Assembly (NCBI GenBank): GCA_030550495.1
Contig: JAUQPG010000003.1
Location: 1 to 61,281 of the forward strand
DNA length: 61,281 bases
Source: Candidatus Bipolaricaulota bacterium
GTDB lineage: Bacteria; Bipolaricaulota; Bipolaricaulia; RBG-16-55-9; DRXL01
Direction: 5' to 3'
Both the position numbers and the translations under genes were made by a program. The number at the start of each line of letters is the position of its first letter. The stretch's first letter is position 1. The notes below the pieces were generated by a model. It worked only from the letters and a program-made list of their open reading frames with translations. It was not told the origin of the DNA and did not search any database. This document shows, piece by piece, positions 26,104 to 35,883 of the stretch.

Positions 26104-26757
26104 ATGAACACCCCATCGCTTGGCCGGCAGATCTGGCACCATATCTATTCGCGAATGCTGACGGGCGTCGTCTTCGTCGTGCCCCTCATATTGACTATCT
26201 GGGTCTTGCAGTTGCTCTATAATCTCCTGGACGGCCCGCTGCGCTCGCTGCTCAATGCGATGCTCCGATATACGTTACGATGGGAGCTGCCCCCAGGCGT
26301 TGGACTAGTGCTAACGCTTCTAGCGCTCTATGTGACTGGGATCTTGGCAACGAATATGGTAGGACGTCGGCTCTTGGAGTTCTGGGAATCGCTGCTCCAG
26401 AAGATGCCTATCGTCAACAGCATCTACAATGCTGCGCGACAGGTGGTGCGCACGCTCTCCCAGCCCCAAGAGAAGTCATTCCAGCGCGTCGTGCTAGTCG
26501 AGTTCCCCTCTAGAGGCTTGTGGACTATAGCGTTCCAAGTGGGCATGATCCAAACAAGCGACGGGCGCGAATGGGTGCGAGTCTATGTGCCGACGACGCC
26601 GAACCCAACATCGGGCTATTTGCAATTTCTTCCTAAAGAAAATGTGGTGTTTACTTCAATCCCGGTGGACGAGGCGCTCAAGATGGTCGTCTCCGGAGGG
26701 ATTCTCGCGCCGGAACGTTTAGACGTAGGGCTATCCAAGATTGATCAGGGCTCGTAA
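26104..26757 (+). CDS. DUF502-family membrane protein
   Basis: Two N-terminal TM helices, then PIVNSIYNAARQV...FQRVVLVEFPSRGLWTIAF...VPTTPNPTSGYL, the pattern I associate with DUF502. Confidence 0.75.
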   Translation: MNTPSLGRQIWHHIYSRMLTGVVFVVPLILTIWVLQLLYNLLDGPLRSLLNAMLRYTLRWELPPGVGLVLTLLALYVTGILATNMVGRRLLEFWESLLQKMPIVNSIYNAARQVVRTLSQPQEKSFQRVVLVEFPSRGLWTIAFQVGMIQTSDGREWVRVYVPTTPNPTSGYLQFLPKENVVFTSIPVDEALKMVVSGGILAPERLDVGLSKIDQGS

Positions 26758-26804
26758 CTGAGATGATGGCGCACCATCGTTCCGTGTGGTAAGCTCGAGA
26801 GACT

Positions 26805-27737
26805 ATGAGTTTGATCGAAAGCCTCGCACGCACCCCATCCCAGGCATATCTTGTCGTCGGTACGACGGCACCAGAGTTTGCCAAAAAGTTCGCGCAGCAC
26901 CTCTTCTGCCCAAAAGAATGCGAACACTGCTCACACTGCACGAAACTTAATCACGGCACCCACCCCGATTTCACGTGGGTCAGCAAGTCGGGCAAACGCA
27001 TCAGTATCGACCAAGTCCGCGATCTCCAGCAGAAAGCGTTGTATCCTCCCGTCGAAGCCTCAAAAAAGATCTATGTCATCGAGAGCGTCGAAGATCTCAG
27101 TCTTGAAGCTGCCAATAGTCTCTTAAAAATCCTCGAAGACCCGCCAAGATATTTGATCTTTATTCTGCTTGCCAAGAGCACGAATATCTTGCCGACGATC
27201 CTGTCGCGCTGTCAGATTGTGAAGCTGCCCACGCCCCCACGGGCTCAGCTCGAACAGATCTTGGCCGAGCGCGGCCTCAGCCCCCAAGAGATTGAGTATC
27301 TCCTGAGCGTCACTCACGGGGCAATGCCTGATGAAACATTACTCAACACCGTGAAAGATTTCTTTGCCAAACGCCCACAGCTCCAAAAACAACTCTCAGA
27401 GCTCTCTGATAATGAGCTCTGGGAGTCTCTCACTGAGAAGAATCTCTTCGTGCGCCACGAAGTCACTGGAGAACTTCTGGGACGATTAGAACACTACTCT
27501 AGTGCCCAAGTGCTCGCTCTTGCTGCAGCGCTGAGCAAGGGTGACCACGATGTAATTGAGTTCTTTATTCAAGAAGCCCTCTATTGGTATCGCGGCCGAC
27601 TCACAGTGAATAATACCCACGCTGTATACGCCTTGGAGACAGCTCTCTGGAAGCTCCAGCGCAATGCGAATATGCAATTGCTCTTGGAGTCCCTGCTCTT
27701 CACACTGCGACAGGGGCTGCGCGAAGCGTCTGCATAA
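26805..27737 (+). CDS. holB: DNA polymerase III delta-prime subunit
   Basis: Cys-rich zinc module CPKECEHCSHCTKLNHGTHPDF, then KIYVIESVEDLSLEAANSLLKILEDPP...LSRCQIVKL. Confidence 0.85.
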   Translation: MSLIESLARTPSQAYLVVGTTAPEFAKKFAQHLFCPKECEHCSHCTKLNHGTHPDFTWVSKSGKRISIDQVRDLQQKALYPPVEASKKIYVIESVEDLSLEAANSLLKILEDPPRYLIFILLAKSTNILPTILSRCQIVKLPTPPRAQLEQILAERGLSPQEIEYLLSVTHGAMPDETLLNTVKDFFAKRPQLQKQLSELSDNELWESLTEKNLFVRHEVTGELLGRLEHYSSAQVLALAAALSKGDHDVIEFFIQEALYWYRGRLTVNNTHAVYALETALWKLQRNANMQLLLESLLFTLRQGLREASA

Positions 27738-28857
27738 TGCAGCGCTTCAGCTCCTCCAGCCCTGTCCCCTCCTGCGCGGAGATCACCACAGCGTTGGGGA
27801 TCGTTGAGAGCGCCAGCTCGAGGCGCTGCTGATCCTCGAGAGTCTGTAACTTATCAGCTTTGTTGAGCACGTTGATCATGGGTGGACGATTCCCGCCCTT
27901 GAAGATATCGTTGAGCACCTCGACGATCGTGCGCCAGTGGTCAAAGAGATTGGGATTGGAGACATCAAGGACGTTTATCAGCAAATCAGCGTCTCTAGCA
28001 GCCTCGAGCGTCGAAGCGAACGCTGGGATGAGCTCGTGGGGGAGCTTCTTGATAAACCCAACGGTGTCCGTAACGACAACAAGGCGTCCATCGCCCAGAT
28101 AGAGCTTGCGCGTGAGGGGATCGAGGGTGGCAAAGAGCTTGTCCTCGACAAACGCCTCTGCTCCTGTGAGAGCACGTAGAAGCGTCGATTTCCCAGTGTT
28201 GGTGTACCCAATGAGGGCAATCTCTGGGATCTTGCGGCGCTCGCGGAGCTTCCGGCGCACGGCGCGCTCTTTTTCGGCTTTTATGAGCTGCTCTTTGATC
28301 GCGTGCATGCGCTGACGGATCGCGTGGCGTTCTTGAGCAAGTCGAGTTTCACCGGGGCCGCGCGTGCCGATCCCCGCTCCAGGCTGCCCCAGCGCCTCTG
28401 CCCATCCACGCAGTCTTGGCAAAAGATACTCTAACTGTGCCAGCTCGACTTGGAGCTTCGCTTCTTTGGAGCGCGCCCGCTGCGCAAAGATATTCATAAT
28501 CAGTTGCGCGCGATCTATGATCTTCTTCTGAATCCTCTCTTCGAGGTTGCGCGCTTGCGCCGGCGTGAGCGCGTCATTGAAGACAACGAGATCAGCCCTT
28601 GATTTAGCAGCGAGTTCCTTGAGTTCGTCAGCTTTGCCCTTCCCAATAAAAAAAGCTGGATCGGGTTTGTCACGCTTTTGTAAGACCGTCCGTAGGACTT
28701 CTAGACCCGCTGTCCGCGCGAGCTCCATCAGCTCTTCGATGGACTCGCGCTCCTGCCAGTCCGCCCCTTGCCCCAGATCCAACCCCACTAAGATCGCACG
28801 CTCCCCAGCAAAGACCCGCGCTCGCTCCCCTAACCGGTCCTCTATGAGCTGATTCAT
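27700..28857 (-). CDS. hflX: GTPase HflX
   Basis: HflX N-terminal domain, G1 motif GYTNTGKSTLL, DTVGFI, and NKADK. The 3-prime end overlaps convergent holB by 38 nt. Confidence 0.92.
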   Translation of the reverse strand: MNQLIEDRLGERARVFAGERAILVGLDLGQGADWQERESIEELMELARTAGLEVLRTVLQKRDKPDPAFFIGKGKADELKELAAKSRADLVVFNDALTPAQARNLEERIQKKIIDRAQLIMNIFAQRARSKEAKLQVELAQLEYLLPRLRGWAEALGQPGAGIGTRGPGETRLAQERHAIRQRMHAIKEQLIKAEKERAVRRKLRERRKIPEIALIGYTNTGKSTLLRALTGAEAFVEDKLFATLDPLTRKLYLGDGRLVVVTDTVGFIKKLPHELIPAFASTLEAARDADLLINVLDVSNPNLFDHWRTIVEVLNDIFKGGNRPPMINVLNKADKLQTLEDQQRLELALSTIPNAVVISAQEGTGLEELKRCIMQTLRAAPVAV

Positions 28858-30146
28858 CGAGCCTCTGTGCCAACAACCTCCTTCTCTTCAAGGGTCTCCT
28901 CTATTATAGCAGCTCCGAGGCGATGGAGCTCGCCCGCCAGGTCCCGATACCCACGTCGAATATGCTCGTCTCGATCGATAATCACCGTGGCACCGTCTGC
29001 GACTAAGCCGGCCAGGGTCAACGCCGCCCCGGCGCGCACGTCGTTCACACAGACCTGCGTTCCCACAAGCCCTCTTACCCCCTCCAGATAGGCCGTCGCC
29101 CCCTCCAGCCGGATCTGCGCCCCCATGCGAGCGAGTTCTGCAGCGTGCGCAAACCGACTCTCCCACACCGTCTCTTTGATGACGCTTGATCCACGAGCGA
29201 CGCTGAGCAGGGCCATCATCTGGGGCTGCAAGTCCGTAGGGAACCCTGGATAGGGCCGAGCCTCGACACGCCCTCCCGCAAAGCTCCCCGGCCCATCGCT
29301 GATGACGCGCACGCTCTCCACATGCTCCTGCACCGTGAGGCCTAGCTCGTCGAGCTTGCTCAACAAGGCTTCCAAGTGCAGGGGCTGACACCGGCGCACG
29401 GTCACGTCTCCCCCGGCGATTGCCCCGGCAATGAGAAACGTCCCAGCATTGATGCGATCGGGAATAACAGTGTGCACCGTCCCGGAGAGGGTCTTCGCCC
29501 CTTCGATGTGGAGTCGCCCCGGCTCGATCATAATCCCTGCGCCCATCTTGATGAGCAAGCGCGCGAGGTCATGGACTTCGGGGTCTTGGGCGGGATTGCT
29601 GATGACTGTTCTTCCCGGAATGAGCGCCGCGGTCATCATGATCTGTTCCGTCGCTCCCACGGACGGATAATCCAAGTGAATCTCTGCAGAGCGGAGCTGC
29701 CCCGCCGCGGCGCACCAGAATCCCCCGCGCGATTCGATCTGCGCCCCTAGAGCTCTCAAGCCCTTCAGATGGAGATCGACGGGGCGAACCCCTATAGGGC
29801 AGCCGCCCGGCAAGGGTAGCTGACTATACCCCAACCGCACCATCAACGGCCCTAAGAGCAAGAACGATGCTCGAAGCTTGCGCACCAACGAGTCCGGAGG
29901 GATACCAACAAGCTCGCGCCCAGTGCGAATGCTATAGACCCCAGGATCAAGAGCAGAGACGCGCTTGCCCACGCTCTCGAGGAGCGCGATCATGGTGCGT
30001 ACATCCCCTACATCAGGGACGTTCTCTAGGATGACTTCGTCGTCAGTGAGCACCGTCGCGGCGAGGAGGGGCAAGGCCGCATTCTTTGCCCCGTCCACCG
30101 TGACTTCGCCAAAGAGCCGCCGACCTCCGTAGACGGTGAGCTTCAT
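28854..30146 (-). CDS. murA: UDP-N-acetylglucosamine 1-carboxyvinyltransferase
   Basis: Full-length match to the MurA pattern (VDGAKNAALPLLAA...GGCPIGVRPVDLH...). Confidence 0.95.
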   Translation of the reverse strand: MKLTVYGGRRLFGEVTVDGAKNAALPLLAATVLTDDEVILENVPDVGDVRTMIALLESVGKRVSALDPGVYSIRTGRELVGIPPDSLVRKLRASFLLLGPLMVRLGYSQLPLPGGCPIGVRPVDLHLKGLRALGAQIESRGGFWCAAAGQLRSAEIHLDYPSVGATEQIMMTAALIPGRTVISNPAQDPEVHDLARLLIKMGAGIMIEPGRLHIEGAKTLSGTVHTVIPDRINAGTFLIAGAIAGGDVTVRRCQPLHLEALLSKLDELGLTVQEHVESVRVISDGPGSFAGGRVEARPYPGFPTDLQPQMMALLSVARGSSVIKETVWESRFAHAAELARMGAQIRLEGATAYLEGVRGLVGTQVCVNDVRAGAALTLAGLVADGATVIIDRDEHIRRGYRDLAGELHRLGAAIIEETLEEKEVVGTEAR

Positions 30147-31042
30147 GGTGGCAAGAGCGCCAGGGGGTTGAGCGGCCGGCCATATTGGAGAATTTCAAAG
30201 TGCAGATGCGGGCCGGTCGAGTTCCCCGTATTCCCCGAGCGCCCAATCACTTGACCTCCTTCGACGAATTGTCCGCGATAGACCCCAATCTCCGACAGAT
30301 GCCCGTAGAGCGTGCGGTAGCCGTTGCTGTGCTGTAAGACAATATAGAGCCCATAGCCGCTGTGGCGTCCGGCCGCGAGCACCTTGCCGGCACACGCCGC
30401 GTAGACGTCCGTCCCCTCAGGGACCTCGATATCGATCCCTTCATGAAAGTCGGGCTCCCCGCTGATGGGATGGATTCTCGGTCCAAACCCCGATGAGAGC
30501 ACGCCGCGCACCGGCCAGGCAAAGAAGCTCTTCTTCCCTCCGGCCATCTGGAAGTACGTCCATGCTGGCGATCGCGCAGCTCCTGGGATGAAGAACTCCT
30601 CACCTGGGTAGATATACTCGCGCCCTTCGAGGCGATTAGCACGCACTATCTCAGAGAGCGCTACCCCATAGGTGCGCGCAATGTCTGTGAGGGTTTGGCC
30701 GCGCTTAACCGAGTGTAAGATCCCGTTCCTGACAATCTTTAAGACTATCCCCGGTTCAAGGGCATGGAGATCATCCAGGGCGCTGACGTTGCTGCCCACA
30801 AGGGCTTCTACCGAGACACCAAAGCGAGCTGCGATCTGCTCAAGCGTTTCCCCCGGCTGCACCTCATATTCGACGAGATCGGGAGCTGGCACCAGAGAGA
30901 GGACTTCATCATCGAGAGTGGGACCACCTTGAGCGTGGAAGCTCTGAGATCGAAGCAGTAAAGGGCTTTGATGCGCCCACCACGCCCACAGGAGCACCCC
31001 TAGCCCCCCTAGGATCGCGACGATCTTGACCGATCTATTCAT
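30143..31042 (-). CDS. LysM-domain M23 family peptidoglycan metalloendopeptidase
   Basis: Two LysM repeats (YEVQPGETLEQIAARFGV; HSVKRGQTLTDIARTYGV) and M23 motifs HEGIDI and GNSTGPHLHFE. The start is taken at MNRSVKIVAIL to avoid a long overlap with rho. Confidence 0.9.
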   Translation of the reverse strand: MNRSVKIVAILGGLGVLLWAWWAHQSPLLLRSQSFHAQGGPTLDDEVLSLVPAPDLVEYEVQPGETLEQIAARFGVSVEALVGSNVSALDDLHALEPGIVLKIVRNGILHSVKRGQTLTDIARTYGVALSEIVRANRLEGREYIYPGEEFFIPGAARSPAWTYFQMAGGKKSFFAWPVRGVLSSGFGPRIHPISGEPDFHEGIDIEVPEGTDVYAACAGKVLAAGRHSGYGLYIVLQHSNGYRTLYGHLSEIGVYRGQFVEGGQVIGRSGNTGNSTGPHLHFEILQYGRPLNPLALLPP

Positions 31043-32342
31043 TGCGCATGAGCTCCAAGAACTGCTCGTTGTTCTTTGTCTGCTCCATACGAGAGAGAAT
31101 CCATTCGAGCGCTTTCTGCTTATCATTCATATCGCTGATCATCTTGCGCAGGACCCAGACGCGCCGCAGCACCTTCTCTGGGAGCAAGAGCTCTTCTTTG
31201 CGGGTGCCTGAAACCTCCAGATCGATTGCGGGGAAGATGCGCTTGTTTGCGAGCGTTCTGTCGAGCACAAGCTCCATGTTGCCCGTGCCCTTGAACTCCT
31301 CAAAGACGACCTGGTCGAGCCGCGAGCCCGTGTCGATGAGCGCTGTCCCGATGATCGTCAAGCTGCCCCCGTCTTTGATATTGCGCGCGGCCCCAAAGAA
31401 CTCCTTGGGCTTATACAGCGCGGTGGGGTCCATGCCACCCGAGAGCAGCTTGCCGCTGGGAGCGATCGCCAAGTTATACGCGCGCGCTAAGCGCGTGATC
31501 GAGTCCATCAAGATCACAACATCGCGCCCCATCTCAACCAATCTCTTGGCCTTGGCGATGACCAGCTCCGAGATGCGACAGTGAATCTCAGGCTTCTGGT
31601 CGAACGTCGCCGCCACGACTTCACCCATCGTGATCGACTCTCGAAAGTCTGTGACTTCCTCAGGGCGCTCGTCGACCAACAACACAATCAAATAGACTTC
31701 AGGATGGTTGGCCGCGATCCCGTGAGCAATGTGTTTTAAGAGCGTGGTCTTGCCGGCCTTGGGCGGCGAGACGATCAGCCCGCGCTGGCCCTTCCCAATG
31801 GGGGCAAATAAGTCAATAATGCGCGTAGAGAACTCATTGGGATCATGTTCGAGCTTGAGCTGCTCCCGCGGGTGATAGGGAATGAGATCTTCAAACGCTT
31901 GGCGGTTGCGGACGACCTCAGGATCTTCATAGTTAATCGCTTCGATCTTCAGCAGCGCAAAGTACTTCTCCTCTTCTTTGGGGGGGCGGACGATGCCACT
32001 GACGATATCCCCGTCTTTCAACCCGAACCGCTTGATCTGCGACGGAGAAACATAGATATCGTGGGACCCTGGCAAGCACGAGCTATCGCGCAGAAATCCG
32101 TAGCCGTCAGGGAGAATCTCCAGCACCCCGTCTTTGAAATGCAGCCCTTGCTGTTCTGCTTGGGCCTTCAAGATAGCGAAGACGAGATCTTCTTTTTTGA
32201 TGCGACCGCGCCCATTGATGCCGAAGCGCTCGGCTAACGCGCGCAACTCTGACATGTCCTTGGATTTGAGCTCCGTAATATCGAGTAATTCGCCCGTAGG
32301 CTTCTCTTCTCTCTCTACATCGGCCATGGTGTTGGCGGGCAC
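31035..32342 (-). CDS. rho: transcription termination factor Rho
   Basis: Rho N-terminal and CSD-like RNA-binding domains, Walker A PPKAGKT, and a full-length pattern. Confidence 0.96.
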   Translation of the reverse strand: MPANTMADVEREEKPTGELLDITELKSKDMSELRALAERFGINGRGRIKKEDLVFAILKAQAEQQGLHFKDGVLEILPDGYGFLRDSSCLPGSHDIYVSPSQIKRFGLKDGDIVSGIVRPPKEEEKYFALLKIEAINYEDPEVVRNRQAFEDLIPYHPREQLKLEHDPNEFSTRIIDLFAPIGKGQRGLIVSPPKAGKTTLLKHIAHGIAANHPEVYLIVLLVDERPEEVTDFRESITMGEVVAATFDQKPEIHCRISELVIAKAKRLVEMGRDVVILMDSITRLARAYNLAIAPSGKLLSGGMDPTALYKPKEFFGAARNIKDGGSLTIIGTALIDTGSRLDQVVFEEFKGTGNMELVLDRTLANKRIFPAIDLEVSGTRKEELLLPEKVLRRVWVLRKMISDMNDKQKALEWILSRMEQTKNNEQFLELMRNE

Positions 32343-32516
32343 CTCCTGATAGGGAAACTCTCTTGGAAATTCCTCTCATTGAGCTTCGTTGTGCGTACTA
32401 CTTCTGTCATCTGGGCAGCGTCGGGCCTCCCTTCTTCATTTATGGGAAGGAGGAATCACTACGACAAGCTGTCACAGAGCAGAAGAGAGAGTAGCGCATT
32501 TGGATTTGGTAAATAT

Positions 32517-32545
32517 ATTATAGCACGTGCCATCTCACTTGGCAA
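32517..32545 (-). promoter_or_regulatory. sigma70-type promoter for rho, with an extended -10
   Basis: On the minus strand: TTGCCA (32545..32540, overlapping the glyA stop), 17-bp spacer, TGcTATAAT (32525..32517). It predicts a leader of about 170 nt. Confidence 0.5.
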
Positions 32546-33800
32546 GTCCCATCTCCACCAACGCCTCGTAGAGAGGGAAGCGCTCACAGAGCTGGCGGAC
32601 CCGCTCACGCGCTCTCGCTTGCACGGTTTGTGAGCGCTCCTGCAGCACCTGCGCGATAATCCCAGCGATCTCTGTCATTTCCCTTGGTCCCATCCCCCGC
32701 GTGGTCACCGCTGGGGTGCCTAGGCGGATTCCACTGGTGACCGTAGGCTTTTGCGGATCGAAGGGGATGGCGTTCTTATTCACCGTCACCCCGACTTCTT
32801 CGAGGAGTCGCTCGGCTTCGGCTCCGGTCAACCCGTGAGGGCGCACGTCCACCAAGAGCAAGTGCGTATCAGTACCCCCCGATACTATGCGAAAGCCCTC
32901 GTTGGCGAGAGCTTGCGCGAGCACCCGGGCATTCTCGACGATCCTGCGCTGATACTCCCGAAACTCCGGGCGCAGGGCCTCACCGAACGCCACGGCCTTG
33001 GCCGCGATCACGTGCATGAGCGGCCCCCCTTGACTGCCGGGAAAGACCGACTTGTCAATGAGCTCGGCAAATTCTTTCCGGCAGAGTATGGCGCCGCCGC
33101 GCGGCCCGCGCAAGGTCTTGTGTGTCGTGGTCGTGACGAAGTCTGCCCACGGGATAGGTGACGGATGTACCCCGCCCGCGATCAGCCCCGCTATATGAGC
33201 TATGTCGGCCATCAGATACGCCCCGACTTCGTCGGCGATCTCACGGAATCTCCGAAAATCTATAACTCTCGGATAGGCGCTCGCCCCACAGACGATCAAT
33301 TTGGGCCTATGCTCGAGAGCCAGCCGTCGCACTGCGTCATAATCGATCTGTTCAGTTTCGCGCGAGACCCCATAATAGACGGCTTTATAGAGCTTACCCG
33401 AGACGCTCACCGGATGCCCATGAGAGAGATGCCCCCCGTGCGCCAATGACATGCTCAAGATAGTATCCCCCGGCTGGAGCACGGCGAAGTAGACAGCCAT
33501 GTTGGCTTGGGTGCCGGAGTGAGGCTGGACGTTGGCGTGCTCTGCACCAAAGAGCTTCTTGAGACGTTCGCGGGCTAACTCTTCGACGACGTCAACCCAT
33601 TGACAACCGCCGTAGTAGCGCTTCTTGGGGTAGCCTTCGGCGTATTTGTTCGTCAGGACAGACCCCTGAGCTTCGAGCACCGCGCGCGAGCAGAAATTTT
33701 CTGACGCGATCAATTCTATCGAGAAGCGCTGGCGCTCTAGTTCTTTTTGGATCGCCTGATAGACTTCAGGATCTACACGAGCAAGTTCGCTCTCACTCAT
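32535..33800 (-). CDS. glyA: serine hydroxymethyltransferase
   Basis: Full-length SHMT pattern including [14 protein letters not shown]. Confidence 0.96.
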   Translation of the reverse strand: MSESELARVDPEVYQAIQKELERQRFSIELIASENFCSRAVLEAQGSVLTNKYAEGYPKKRYYGGCQWVDVVEELARERLKKLFGAEHANVQPHSGTQANMAVYFAVLQPGDTILSMSLAHGGHLSHGHPVSVSGKLYKAVYYGVSRETEQIDYDAVRRLALEHRPKLIVCGASAYPRVIDFRRFREIADEVGAYLMADIAHIAGLIAGGVHPSPIPWADFVTTTTHKTLRGPRGGAILCRKEFAELIDKSVFPGSQGGPLMHVIAAKAVAFGEALRPEFREYQRRIVENARVLAQALANEGFRIVSGGTDTHLLLVDVRPHGLTGAEAERLLEEVGVTVNKNAIPFDPQKPTVTSGIRLGTPAVTTRGMGPREMTEIAGIIAQVLQERSQTVQARARERVRQLCERFPLYEALVEMGLAK

Positions 33801-34243
33801 AGTTGAGCACTTTCCTCCTGGGCATGGATCTTCGCGAGGCGACGCGCATGGCGCCCTCCGGCAAAGGGCTCATTCAACCAGACGGTGACGATCTCCGCAG
33901 CGAGCCCTGGGCCAACCACACGGCCTCCAAGACAGAGAATATTCGCATCGTTGTCGCGACGACTCATCTTGGCTGAATACACGTCACTACAGTTCGCCGC
34001 ACGAATCCCTCTCACTTTATTTGCGGCTATAGCCATGCCGATCCCCGTCCCACAGATCAAGATCCCGCGCTCGCATTCCCCCGATGCCACCGCATGAGCG
34101 ACCGCAAACGCGATGTCGGGATAGTCTACCGACTCCGTCGTGAAGACGCCAAAATCCCGTACCGTATGGCCTTGCAACGCGCTCTGTAACAAGGCCTCCT
34201 TCAGGGCGACACCGTTGTGATCAGAGCCGATGGCGATGGTCAT
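33797..34243 (-). CDS. rpiB: ribose-5-phosphate isomerase B
   Basis: [16 protein letters not shown]...[17 protein letters not shown]. Confidence 0.9.
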   Translation of the reverse strand: MTIAIGSDHNGVALKEALLQSALQGHTVRDFGVFTTESVDYPDIAFAVAHAVASGECERGILICGTGIGMAIAANKVRGIRAANCSDVYSAKMSRRDNDANILCLGGRVVGPGLAAEIVTVWLNEPFAGGRHARRLAKIHAQEESAQL

Positions 34244-34905
34244 TCCGTCACGCGCGTGAAGACTGAACGGACTATATCTCCGTACATCTTTAAGCGTGAG
34301 GCCAAACCGCGAGAGAACCCAAATTTCTCCTCTTTCATCACATGGGTCACTCCGTCAAGCTCCACAAACGCTTGGCTCCAGCCCTCCTTGAGGGCAAGCT
34401 TTGTCAAGGCGATCTCCACACCAAAATCTAATTGGTGCACCTTACGCCGGAGCTTCTTCCATAACGCTTTGCTCAAGACTCGTTGCCCCGACAGATATGG
34501 GGCTATCGTTTGGGCAAGATCCGTATTGAGCCGCCCCCCGCGAAAGACCCCCACGACCATATCGCGCTTGTCTTCACAATAAACGCGAATCATGCGCTCG
34601 ATATGATCCGGGCGCAGCCCCACTAAATCAGCATCCAAAAAGAGCAGCGTCTCATATTGGGCTTTCTGGACCCCAAGGTCGAGGGCGACGGATTTGCCAC
34701 GGTTGACGGGCAGCGAGAAGACTCTGACGCCAAACGACCGCGCGACTTCAGCCGTCCCGTCGGTCGAGCCGTCGTCTACAACGATGATCTCTCTGACCGA
34801 AGGCGCATGCAAGAGCGGCCAGAGCACGGCGCTGATCCGTTCGGCTTCGTTATACGCCGGAACGATAGCCGATACGCATACGGCGCTGCTGTGAGATTCG
34901 CTCAT
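34240..34905 (-). CDS. family 2 glycosyltransferase
   Basis: SAIVPAYNEAERI...VVDDGSTDGT...LFLDADL. The start is placed at MSESHSS because a TTGACT-17-TACAAT promoter ends 7 nt upstream of that ATG. Confidence 0.8.
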   Translation of the reverse strand: MSESHSSAVCVSAIVPAYNEAERISAVLWPLLHAPSVREIIVVDDGSTDGTAEVARSFGVRVFSLPVNRGKSVALDLGVQKAQYETLLFLDADLVGLRPDHIERMIRVYCEDKRDMVVGVFRGGRLNTDLAQTIAPYLSGQRVLSKALWKKLRRKVHQLDFGVEIALTKLALKEGWSQAFVELDGVTHVMKEEKFGFSRGLASRLKMYGDIVRSVFTRVTE

Positions 34906-34912
34906 CGAGAAG

Positions 34913-34941
34913 ATTGTACGCATCCGCGCACGCAAAGTCAA
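34913..34941 (-). promoter_or_regulatory. sigma70-type promoter of the GT2-rpiB-glyA operon (leaderless geometry)
   Basis: On the minus strand: TTGACT (34941..34936), 17-bp spacer, TACAAT (34918..34913), 7 nt before the ATG at 34905, with no Shine-Dalgarno. Confidence 0.55.
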
Positions 34942-34978
34942 ATGGCCCCCCTTCTTGCGCGGATGAAGGTTTTCGTCT

Positions 34979-35809
34979 ATGCTCTTAATCACTATGCTGA
35001 AGGACGCAAGGATCGCCATCATCGGGCTGGGCAAGATCGGCGGTGCCTTAGCCAGTAGCTTGGTGCGCACTAGAATTGTCTCCAGAGAGCGTCTCGTTGG
35101 TACGACAGGGCATCGTGACAGCGCCCTCGAAGCCGCCAAACGCTACGGCATCAGAACCCTCACTGACAACGTCCGGGCCATCGCCGACGCGCAGATTATT
35201 ATCTTGGCTGTCAAGCCCCAAACTATGAAAAGAGTCCTGCTCGAGATTCGCGATGCAGTGCGTGACGATCAGATGATTATCACGCTGGCTGCGGCCCGCA
35301 CGACGCGCTTCATCGAAGAGCACTTACAGAAAAATATCCCGGTTGTGCGGGCCATGCCCAACACCCCGTGCTTGGTCAACGCCGGGATGACCGTGCTCTG
35401 CCCAGGACGCTACGCCTCCAAAGAGCATATCGAGCTGGCTAGAGAGATCTTCGCTGCGGTGGGCTTGGTCGCAGTGATTGATAACGAAGACTTGATGGAC
35501 GCGGTGACGGCGCTGTCAGGGAGCGGGCCGGCTTATGCGTATATTATGATCGAGGCCTTAGCTGAGGGCGGGGTCAAAGTTGGGCTGCCGCGGTCGCTCT
35601 CGACGATGTTAGCCGCGCAGTCTCTGCTTGGAGCAGCGAAGATGGTCTTAGAAACAGGCGAGCACCCGGCCAAGCTTAAAGACGAAGTGACCACGCCCGC
35701 AGGTGTCACGATTGACGGGATCATGGCGCTGGAAGACGGCGGGATTCGCGTCACCCTGATTAAGACCGTCGATAGGGCGACGAAGAAAGCCAAAGAGCTA
35801 TTGCAATGA
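34979..35809 (+). CDS. proC: pyrroline-5-carboxylate reductase
   Basis: RIAIIGLGKIGGAL Rossmann motif and the C-terminal P5CR dimerisation pattern (SGSGPAY...TTPAGVTI). Confidence 0.92.
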   Translation: MLLITMLKDARIAIIGLGKIGGALASSLVRTRIVSRERLVGTTGHRDSALEAAKRYGIRTLTDNVRAIADAQIIILAVKPQTMKRVLLEIRDAVRDDQMIITLAAARTTRFIEEHLQKNIPVVRAMPNTPCLVNAGMTVLCPGRYASKEHIELAREIFAAVGLVAVIDNEDLMDAVTALSGSGPAYAYIMIEALAEGGVKVGLPRSLSTMLAAQSLLGAAKMVLETGEHPAKLKDEVTTPAGVTIDGIMALEDGGIRVTLIKTVDRATKKAKELLQ

Positions 35810-35847
35810 AAGAGTTTGAGGGCTTCGTGAGAGGGAGGCCAGGGATA

Positions 35848-35877
35848 TTGACAAGGAGAGGCCTTTTGTGCTATAAT
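35848..35877 (+). promoter_or_regulatory. near-consensus sigma70 promoter firing into a gene-free gap
   Basis: TTGACA (35848..35853), 18-bp spacer, TGcTATAAT (35869..35877). No ORF with a usable start follows it. Confidence 0.6.
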
Positions 35878-35883
35878 AAGAAT

